Program-made: the position numbers and the translations under genes | NCBI GenBank assembly: GCA_048938025.1 | Contig: JBHLMP010000061.1 | Span: forward strand, 1-18,878 | DNA from: Promethearchaeota archaeon | Lineage (GTDB): Archaea > Asgardarchaeota > Lokiarchaeia > Sigyniarchaeales > SOKP01 | Direction: 5' to 3' | Length of the DNA: 18,878 nt | Notes under the pieces: model-generated | The model's database searches: none | What the model was told of the DNA's origin: nothing | Seen by the model: only the letters and a program-made list of their open reading frames with translations | Part shown: one piece after another, positions 1 to 7,446 of the stretch | How positions within the stretch are numbered: the first letter of the stretch is position 1 | Layout of the letters: the number at the start of each line of letters is the position of its first letter

Positions 1-359
1 CAGTGGTCATGCGATTTAGGCGTGACTTCTTCAATCCTTCCGACTTGTAGACCGGAGCGTGCGAGGGCACGGATGCATGCTTGAGCACCAGGACCGGGCG
101 TTTGCGATTTATTACCTCCGGGGGCTCTTACTTTGATATGTATCCCTCTAACACCTTTATCTTTGAGTTCATTAGCTACTCTAAAGCCGCACTGCATTGC
201 GGCATATGGATTGCTTTCATCTCTGTCAGCTTTTACTACCATACCACCGGAGCATTTTGCGAAGGTTTCTGCTCCGCTGAGGTCTGTAGCTGTCACAATC
301 GTATTATTATAACTCGAAAAGACGTGAATAATTGCCCATTTCATATCTTTGCTACTCAT
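1..359 (-). CDS. rps11: 30S ribosomal protein uS11 (3' end runs off window; missing from ORF track)
   Basis: Manual translation from ATG at 359: [56 protein letters not shown]...[44 protein letters not shown]. These are typical archaeal uS11 motifs, and the gene follows uS13-uS4. Confidence 0.97.
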   Translation of the reverse strand, partial: MSSKDMKWAIIHVFSSYNNTIVTATDLSGAETFAKCSGGMVVKADRDESNPYAAMQCGFRVANELKDKGVRGIHIKVRAPGGNKSQTPGPGAQACIRALARSGLQVGRIEEVTPKSHDH

Positions 360-372
360 TTTTTATGCTCAC

Positions 373-900
373 TTAACTTTTTTCTTTAGCTTTTGTTTTT
401 ATTTTTGTTTTTGTTTCTGAAAAGGGGCTATTTGGAGCGAAACCGATTAAATCTTCTTCAGCTCTTTTTACGAGATAAGAAGGAGCATTTATTTTTTTAC
501 CACCAACTTGAATATGTCCATGAACAATTACTTGTCGTGCTTGATAGATTGTACTAGCAAGCCCTTTTTCATAAACTAAAGTTTGTAATCTTCTTTTAAG
601 AACATCTTCTACTGTAAGGAGGAGTACATCTTCAAATTCTGCTTCTGATCCAATAACACCTAATCGATCTAGTTTCCGAATGAGAGTTTGTTGTACTTCT
701 AAAGCTCTTTCTTTTGATAAGGTTCGAGATTGTCGAGCTATATCTCGCCAATTTCCAAGGATAGTTCGTGATTTCCAATATTCTCTTTTATTTCTAAGTC
801 CGTATTTTCCCAGAAATTCCAGCTCTTCCATCATTCTATCTTTTTGAAATGGGTGTTTAGGCTTTTTATATTTTTTTTTCAGACGTCGTGGATCTCCCAT
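373..900 (-). CDS. rps4: 30S ribosomal protein uS4 (archaeal type)
   Basis: N-terminal MGDPRRLKKKYKKPKHPF, KYGLRNKRE, and S4 domain RRLQTLVYEKGLASTIYQARQVIVHGHI; lies between uS13 and uS11. Confidence 0.97.
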   Translation of the reverse strand: MGDPRRLKKKYKKPKHPFQKDRMMEELEFLGKYGLRNKREYWKSRTILGNWRDIARQSRTLSKERALEVQQTLIRKLDRLGVIGSEAEFEDVLLLTVEDVLKRRLQTLVYEKGLASTIYQARQVIVHGHIQVGGKKINAPSYLVKRAEEDLIGFAPNSPFSETKTKIKTKAKEKS

Positions 901-910
901 TACTTTTCAC

Positions 911-1408
911 CTACTTTTTTGGCTGTATTATTCCCTTTTTCCTTCTTAGAACTCCAACGACTAAACCATGACGTCCAGTGCTTTTAGTTTTTTGTCCTCT
1001 TACTTTTAACTTTAAGTGATGTCTTACTCCTTTATAGCTTTTCATTCTTTTCATTCTGTCTATGTCTCTTTTAACGGCGATTTCTAATTGACTTCCGATT
1101 ACATGTGTATCTGTTCCATCTCTTAAATCTTTCTTTCGATTTACCATCCAAATTGGAATTCCATTTTCAACCGGGTTTAATATTATTTCTTCGATTCTAT
1201 TAAGATCCTTTTCAGGGAGAGCTCCAATTCTCACATTAGGATTAATATCTGTCACTCTAATTATTGCTTGAGCAAATCTTCTTCCGATTCCTTTAATCTG
1301 AGTTAACCCATATTCTACTTTTGTGTTACCATCAACTTGAGATCGAAGTTTACGAAAAAATACTTTTTCTCTAAAGTTTTTTGGTCTTACCGGTGATAAT
1401 GAACTCAT
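911..1408 (-). CDS. rps13: 30S ribosomal protein uS13
   Basis: LTQIKGIGRRFA H2TH motif, IPIWMVNRKKD, and SYKGVRHHLKLKVRGQKTKSTGR C-terminus. Confidence 0.97.
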   Translation of the reverse strand: MSSLSPVRPKNFREKVFFRKLRSQVDGNTKVEYGLTQIKGIGRRFAQAIIRVTDINPNVRIGALPEKDLNRIEEIILNPVENGIPIWMVNRKKDLRDGTDTHVIGSQLEIAVKRDIDRMKRMKSYKGVRHHLKLKVRGQKTKSTGRHGLVVGVLRRKKGIIQPKK

Positions 1409-1523
1409 TTCTAGTCTTATTATTTTTGAATAATATAATTCTAAATGTCAAATTTAATATTAATTTTATGGTTTCAGACATGAAGAACATAGAAATTAAG
1501 GGGTTTTTCTATACACAAAAAAT

Positions 1524-3014
1524 TTAGTAATTAGGAATTCGTAGATTTTCGTTTAGTCTCGAAGTAATATGCTTTTTAGAGGCATTCTTTTTTGAACCTG
1601 CTACTTTTTGAAGTAACGACAAACCAGGTTTTACATTTTCTATTGGTTTTGATTCAATCAGATTATTGGCTATTAGGCTATCATATAATTTTTTACCTTT
1701 ATCTGTTCTTATTATTACAGTATTCCATCCTAATGGAGAACCTATAGATCCTATAGAAATATCAGCTGATTCAGAGGTTAAGTCATAACAAACTTCACAA
1801 TCTGGACGGGCTAAATGGGAAATTTCTTTAATGGGTATACTTAATTCTTCATTTGCAGTGTAGATAAAAAATTTGCCCTTGTTAATATTCATTTTTCTAA
1901 TATCTTTAATATTTACATTTAATAATTCACAGATCTTTAAGATTGATTCATAAGAAAAAGATTCCATGCAAAAAATCCCAATCCTATATTTAACATTATT
2001 TAAAGAAGGGATAGTTAGGTTAAAAATTTCTGATTTTAATAATGCTTGCATCATGCATGGTACTCCTACAATTGCTAATGATTTATTTTCCTTATTTAAT
2101 TGGCTTAGCAATCTTAATGTAGGATTATTAACATATTTCGTTCCTGTAGTTAATAGGATATCCTCTTTGTTTCTTAGTAATATCGGCTCAGGACGCCATA
2201 TTGTTTGACTCATTTTTGCTCCTAAAGCAAGATCAATCATTTTTTTATCAAATAGATAATGCAGAACTGTACTAGTAATTCCTCCATCTTGACATACTTT
2301 AGCAATTTCTTTAAGTTTTGACCTAGCAGAATATATCTCTTTATACGGACCAATATTGGTATAAACTTTAAATTCGGAGCAGTTATCTTGATACATATTT
2401 AGAACATTCACAGGTAAAAAAGATCTTGGGCAGACAGAATAACATAATCCACATCTAATGCATTTATCTTCTTCGATTTTACCGAACCCATTATAGATGT
2501 TAAGGCAATTTACAGGGCAGATTCCTGCACATAAACTACAACCAGAGCAAATTTTTGAATCAAATATTACCTTTACAGGTTCATAAATAGACTGGATATT
2601 TGAAACTTTATCCCGATTAATTTTTATCGATAAATCTTTAAAAATTAATTTCTCTTGAGAATTTTCATCTCCCTTAATTTTTTCATATATTTCTTCTATT
2701 ATGACTCTTTTTTCATTTTTTAGTAATTCTAATAAACTTAAAGCTTTTCTAAGTTCAATTGAGTTCTCTTCAGAAAAATTTTTAATTGAAGTTAAGTTTG
2801 AATTCTGATTAGAACTTAAAAAATAGAATAATGTAAATTTAGATTGTTCTATATTGAACATCTTAAATAGGATATTATAGTATTGAGTTTCATCATAAAC
2901 TTCTGCATTTAATATATCTTCTTTTGCGTCTATAAGAGCTCTAACCCTATATGAATCTAAACTATCTGCTACTGTTTTTAAAAACTCCCATGAAAATTTT
3001 CCTTCAGAACTCAT
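1524..3014 (-). CDS. Coenzyme F420 hydrogenase/dehydrogenase beta subunit (FrhB/FdhB family) with 2x[4Fe-4S] ferredoxin domain and ~145-aa N-terminal extra domain
   Basis: CSGCSLCAGIC and CIRCGLCYSVC ferredoxin motifs; FrhB motifs QDGGITS, GTKY, VGVPCM, IGIFCMESF, CEVCYDLTSESADISIGSIGSPLGWNTVIIRT. Confidence 0.9.
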   Translation of the reverse strand: MSSEGKFSWEFLKTVADSLDSYRVRALIDAKEDILNAEVYDETQYYNILFKMFNIEQSKFTLFYFLSSNQNSNLTSIKNFSEENSIELRKALSLLELLKNEKRVIIEEIYEKIKGDENSQEKLIFKDLSIKINRDKVSNIQSIYEPVKVIFDSKICSGCSLCAGICPVNCLNIYNGFGKIEEDKCIRCGLCYSVCPRSFLPVNVLNMYQDNCSEFKVYTNIGPYKEIYSARSKLKEIAKVCQDGGITSTVLHYLFDKKMIDLALGAKMSQTIWRPEPILLRNKEDILLTTGTKYVNNPTLRLLSQLNKENKSLAIVGVPCMMQALLKSEIFNLTIPSLNNVKYRIGIFCMESFSYESILKICELLNVNIKDIRKMNINKGKFFIYTANEELSIPIKEISHLARPDCEVCYDLTSESADISIGSIGSPLGWNTVIIRTDKGKKLYDSLIANNLIESKPIENVKPGLSLLQKVAGSKKNASKKHITSRLNENLRIPNY

Positions 3015-3056
3015 AATTGTTATTTTTTTATAAATAACTATTTAATTATATAAAAT

Positions 3057-3125
3057 CCGAAAACCCTTGCTATGGGATAGTTACCTCTCAACTATGATTT
3101 TTTTGAAAGGCTCATTCTATTTCGG
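3057..3125 (-). promoter_or_regulatory. Candidate SECIS (selenocysteine insertion) RNA element overlapping the mvhD stop codon
   Basis: Minus-strand RNA: AUAG(3120-3117)/CUAU(3080-3077) lower stem; AUGA (3115-3112) opposite AA; 9-bp stem GCCUUUCAA(3111-3103)/UUGAGAGGU(3091-3083); A-rich loop AAAAAUCAUAG; outer pair CCGAA(3125-3121)/UUCGG(3061-3057). It lies directly 3' of two UGA-containing genes. The 3' side has AA instead of the canonical GA. Folded by eye only. Confidence 0.5.
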
Positions 3126-3549
3126 GTAAAATTTTTTTAGGTAGAGGAGGCAAAACTTCAATTTTTTTAGTAATATCCTCAACAGAATGAATGAATTTTT
3201 CTACATCTGCTGCAGAGACGAAATACTGCTGGATGCGATCTTCAGAAATCCCAATATGTTTAAATAATTTTTTTAAAAAAAGCACATGTTCATATGTATT
3301 CATATTTCCTTTTCCAAACTCACATTCTCCTTCTTTTCATGAAATTATTGCTACACCATCTGCTCCGTTCAGGAAACTCTCCATTATTAAATGAATACCT
3401 ACTCTTCCTGTACATCTAACTCTAATCAAGTGAAATTCAGACGAGTATGATTTTCTCGTAGTTCCAGTTAAATCCGCAGCAGAATAACCTCATTTTTCGC
3501 ATCCAAAAGCAATTACTTTTTTAAAATTTTTGTTTTCTATTTGAATCAT
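3112..3549 (-). CDS. mvhD: MvhD/VhuD [2Fe-2S] hydrogenase iron-sulfur subunit, predicted selenoprotein with two Sec (U20, U71), 145 aa
   Basis: From ATG at 3549: MIQIENKNFKKVIAFGCEK-U-GYSAADLTGTTRKSYSSEFHLIRVRCTGRVGIHLIMESFLNGADGVAIIS-U-KEGECEFGKGNMNTYEH... The TGAs at 3492-3490 and 3339-3337 match the Cys of the MvhD motifs CxxC-Y-xAD and GADGVxxxGC-xxGDC. In frame with the 3112..3303 ORF; GAGGT SD-like sequence upstream. Confidence 0.92.
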
Positions 3550-3570
3550 AAGATTTAACCTCTAAAATGT

Positions 3571-5568
3571 TTAATTTTCCTCGATTTTTTGTGCTTTTCC
3601 AATTGATTTAATCTCACTACTACCGATTCCTTTAATTTCTTCTATGAATTGTTTATCTCTATAATATTTTAAATCAATTGCTCTAGCGGGGCAAGATGTA
3701 AGACACACACCACAACCTTTACATTTCAAATCATCAACAATAGCGATATTATTTTCACCTACTTTTATGGCTTCATAGTAACAAACCTTTTCACATCTAC
3801 GGCATCCCATACAGAGGTTATTCTCTACTTCTGCAATAATTAATTCTTGGTTGATTGTATCATGAGAAAGCAGAGTGGCAACTTTACTCGCTGCAGCTAA
3901 AGCTGTCGATACTGAAAAGGGAATATTTTTTGGTCCTACAGCACATCCACAAATGTAAATTCCCATTGTATTCGTCTCTTGAGGACTTAAACACCCATGA
4001 ATTTCAGTTAAAAATCCATCTGGACCTTTTGTTAGACCTATCACATCTATTATTTCAGCAGTTCCTTTGGAAGGGATCATACCTGTAGATAATACAACTA
4101 GATCCGCATTAATTTTAAAAATTTCACCTGTTAATGATGAATATGCCCGAATTATTAATTTTTTTGTATCAGGGTCCTCCACTATTTCTCCTACTTTACC
4201 TCTAATCATTCTAATCCCTGAATCTCTTATTTTCCTATAATATTCTTCATTTCCTTTATCTGATGTCCTAATATCAATGTAAAATAAAATAACATCCATT
4301 TCAGGAAATTCTTGTTTTAATAATTGAGCATTTTTAAGAGCCACACTGCAACATACTGCTGAGCAATAAGGGAGTTCTTTAACAGATCTCGAACCAACAC
4401 ATTGAATCATTACAATTGTATTTGGAATCTGTCCATCAGAAATTCTATATACATGACCGTCAGTCGGACCAATCGGACTTAACATTCGTTCTAATTCTAT
4501 TTGAGTGATTACATCAGGAGATATCCCATAATTATAATCATTAGTTTCTATAATTGGATATTCATCATATCCAGTAGCAACAATTACCGCTCCGACATTT
4601 ATGTCTATATATTCTGGTTCTTGATCAAAATCAACCGCTTCAGCTGGGCAAACTCTTTGGCAGTTTTTGCAATTAATACAGGAAGTTTTATCGATAACTG
4701 CATAATTTGGTACAGCTTGTGGGAAAGGGATATAAATAGCACCTCTATCGCCAATTCCTCTGTCAAATTCATTAGGAATTTTAATAGGACATTGGGTTGT
4801 ACATAATCCACAACCTGTACATTTACTTACGTCAACATAACGAGGATTTTTTCTTATTTTACACTTATAATTACCTGGAATACCATTAAATTCGATAATA
4901 TCGCTATATGTATATAAATTTATATTTGGATGTTTGTAAGTATTAACCATTATTGGCGCAAGAACTCATATTCCACAATCATCAGTAGGATAAATTCTAT
5001 CTAGTTGTGCCATTTTTCCACCGATAGTAGGTTCTTTTTCAATTAGATAAACAGTTATTCCTTGGTTTGCTAAATCTAACGCAGCATTCATTCCTGCAAT
5101 TCCTGCTCCAATTACTAAAGCTGCTCTTTTTACTGGAATCTCTTTACGTGGAACGCTTTCTAGTTCACGGGCACGGTTTATTCCTGCTTGAACTAATCTT
5201 ATTGCCTTTTTAGTGGCACTTTTCTTATCATTTGCATGTACGAATGAACACTGTTCACGTAAATTAACCATCTGAAAATAATAAGGACTTAATCCAGCTT
5301 CAGCTAAAACTGCTCGATATGTAGGTTCGTGAATTTTTGGAGTACAAGCAGCGACAACAATCCTATTTAAACCTAATTCCAGAATATCATTTTTGATAAT
5401 TTGTTGCCCAGGATCACTACAAGTAAAATCATTTACTCTAGCAACTACGACATTTGAGAGGGGTTCAACAGCATCTCTTACAACATCACAATCTACAGTG
5501 GCTCCAATATTTACTCCTCACCTGCATACATACACACCTATTCTAACAGTGGTCTGATTATCAGACAT
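3571..5568 (-). CDS. hdrA: Heterodisulfide reductase subunit A (HdrA), predicted selenoprotein with two Sec (U17, U201), 665 aa
   Basis: From ATG at 5568: MSDNQTTVRIGVYVCR-U-GVNIGATVD...CSDPGQ...VVAACTPKIHEPTYR...NLREQCSFVH...GAGIAG (FAD)...YPTDDCGI-U-VLAPIMVNTYKHPNI, then inserted ferredoxins, CVGSR..YCSAVCC and C-terminal ferredoxins. The TGAs at 5520-5518 and 4968-4966 replace conserved Cys (CHCG and DCxxC-ILxP). The 4966..5271 and 3571..4950 ORFs are in the same frame. Confidence 0.94.
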
Positions 5569-5852
5569 TTAACCCACCCTTGTAATCTATCACCATTATT
5601 TAGTTGATATTTAATTTAACAAATAATAAAATATATTGATTAAGTAAAAAAAAGAAATAATTTATTCTTTCTGATTAGATTAAATAATTCTACTATTAAA
5701 TAAAAGAAAGTCATAGATTCGTAATTTTTTCTACTAATTTTTGAATTCTCAACAATATTTTATATGATTATTTTAGATCGAAATATGAATCCGAAAAAAC
5801 GAAAGAAAATTATCTAAATATATTTTTTTATTAATAATAACTTTCTATAATT

Positions 5853-6038
5853 ATGTCAGAGTCAGAAGAGAATAAGAGAGAGGAATTTGCTAAGCAATTT
5901 ATGCTTGAGGAAGGATTAAAGGGTAAAGCTAGGAGAATAAAAATTATGAAAATTATAGATAATGTAGGTTATGATAAAAAAAAGATAAAGACTGCTCTTC
6001 TTCGCTCAACAATAACTGAAAGAATTCAGCATGATTAA
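5853..6038 (+). CDS. Small hypothetical protein (61 aa)
   Basis: ATG start, TAA stop, charged helical composition, no overlap with other genes, upstream of serS; no family recognised. Confidence 0.65.
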   Translation: MSESEENKREEFAKQFMLEEGLKGKARRIKIMKIIDNVGYDKKKIKTALLRSTITERIQHD

Positions 6039-6142
6039 AATTTTTTTATTTTGCTATTATTATAGAAATTTCATAAAATTTTAATGATAAAATAAATAAA
6101 TTATTCAAGAGAGTTTCATTGAAAATTTAAAGTGGCTATAAT

Positions 6143-7432
6143 TTGCTCGACATCGAATTATATAGAAATGATTTGGAAAAGATTATTGAATCCGAAGTAA
6201 AAAGATTTAAAGATCCATCTAATGCTGAAAAAGTTTTAGAATATGACAAAAAATGGAGAGAGACTTTACAAAAACTACAAGATTTAAGGAGAGAAAGGAA
6301 TGAATTATCAATTCAAATTGGTAAATTTAAGAAATCTGGAGATACCAAAAAAGCTGAAGAAACTAAAATCAAATCTAAGGAAATTAAAGATAAAATAGAT
6401 GAATTAGAAGAAAAAAAAACTGAATTTTTTGAACGTAGAGAAAATTACCGATACATTGTGGGTAATATTTTACATGATTCTGTACCTATTGGTGAAACTG
6501 AAGAAGATAATGAAATTGTAATAACTGTTGGAAAATTACCAAAATTTGATTTTAAACCTTTATCTCATGTCAATTTAATCACTAAGATTGATGGAGCAGA
6601 TACAAAAAAGGCATCTGAAATCGCGGGTTCGAGATTTTACTTCTTAAAAGGAGATTTAGTTTCACTTAATTTAGCTCTGATAAGATTTGCTTTAGATAAA
6701 TTAATAAATAAGGATTATATTCCAATGTGGCCACCCTTCTTTATTAAATACGATATTATAAAAGCAGCGGCAGAATTAGCAGATTTTGAAGAACAATTAT
6801 ATAAAATTCAAGATGAAGATCTATTTATGATTGCCACCGCAGAACAAACATTAGCTGCTTATCATTATGATGAAATTATCGACCCCGAAAGATTACCTTT
6901 GAAATATGCTGGAGTATCATCTTGCTTTAGACGAGAAGCAGGATCTCATGGGAAAGACACATTAGGAATATTTAGAGTACACCAATTTGAAAAGGTTGAA
7001 CAATTTATTTTTTGTAAACCAGAACATTCATGGAAGCTATATGAAGAGCTGATAGAAAATGTAAAAGAAATTTTTCAGGATTTAAAAATACCCTATAGAA
7101 TCGTAAATATTGCGTCTGGAGAATTAAATGATAATGCTGCTAAAAAGTATGACCTTGAAGCTTGGTTTCCCGCTTCAGAAAATTATCGTGAACTCGTTTC
7201 ATGTAGCAATTGTACAGATTATCAGGCAAGGAAATTGAAAATAAGAATGGGAAAAGTTGGTTCACAGCAAGCTAAAGAGATTTTGCATACCTTAAATTCA
7301 ACTGCAATAGCAACAACGCGAACTATTTGTTGTATATTAGAAAATTTTCAAAATAAGGACCATTCAGTATCAATTCCAGAGGTCCTTCAAAAATATATGA
7401 ATGGTAAAAAAATTATTAAAGCAGTAAAATAA
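6143..7432 (+). CDS. serS: Serine--tRNA ligase (canonical type), TTG start
   Basis: MLDI start, N-terminal coiled-coil arm, IATAEQ, motif 2 CFRREAGSHGKDTLGIFRVHQFEKVEQF, KKYDLEAWFP, ELVSCSNCTDYQAR, HTLNSTAIATTR. Confidence 0.97.
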   Translation: MLDIELYRNDLEKIIESEVKRFKDPSNAEKVLEYDKKWRETLQKLQDLRRERNELSIQIGKFKKSGDTKKAEETKIKSKEIKDKIDELEEKKTEFFERRENYRYIVGNILHDSVPIGETEEDNEIVITVGKLPKFDFKPLSHVNLITKIDGADTKKASEIAGSRFYFLKGDLVSLNLALIRFALDKLINKDYIPMWPPFFIKYDIIKAAAELADFEEQLYKIQDEDLFMIATAEQTLAAYHYDEIIDPERLPLKYAGVSSCFRREAGSHGKDTLGIFRVHQFEKVEQFIFCKPEHSWKLYEELIENVKEIFQDLKIPYRIVNIASGELNDNAAKKYDLEAWFPASENYRELVSCSNCTDYQARKLKIRMGKVGSQQAKEILHTLNSTAIATTRTICCILENFQNKDHSVSIPEVLQKYMNGKKIIKAVK

Positions 7433-7446
7433 AAGTAGAAATAATA

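Noticed and set aside
81-389. 102-aa plus-strand ORF
   Set aside because: Antisense shadow of uS11.
1409-1523. Second SECIS or ncRNA between the frhB-like gene and rps13
   Set aside because: No AUGA/GA core or convincing stem seen by eye; more likely terminator plus ribosomal operon promoter.
3462-3492. Small hairpin right after the first mvhD UGA (GGUUA/UAACU plus UCUG/CGGA) as a bacterial-type SECIS
   Set aside because: It is weak and G-U rich, I noticed no equivalent after the other three UGAs, and it can be explained by coding constraints.
1966-4811. Short ORFs 1966..2208, 3191..3394, 3855..4088, 4501..4806, 4605..4811
   Set aside because: They lie antisense or out of frame within the frhB-like gene, mvhD and hdrA, and show no recognisable motifs.
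3112-5568. hdrA and mvhD as nonsense-disrupted pseudogenes
   Set aside because: All four internal stops are TGA, all sit at conserved Cys columns, there are no frameshifts and the other motifs are intact.
5569-5852. tRNA-Sec, CRISPR or other structured RNA in the hdrA upstream spacer
   Set aside because: Very AT-rich, with no cloverleaf, no GC-rich stems and no regularly spaced repeats.
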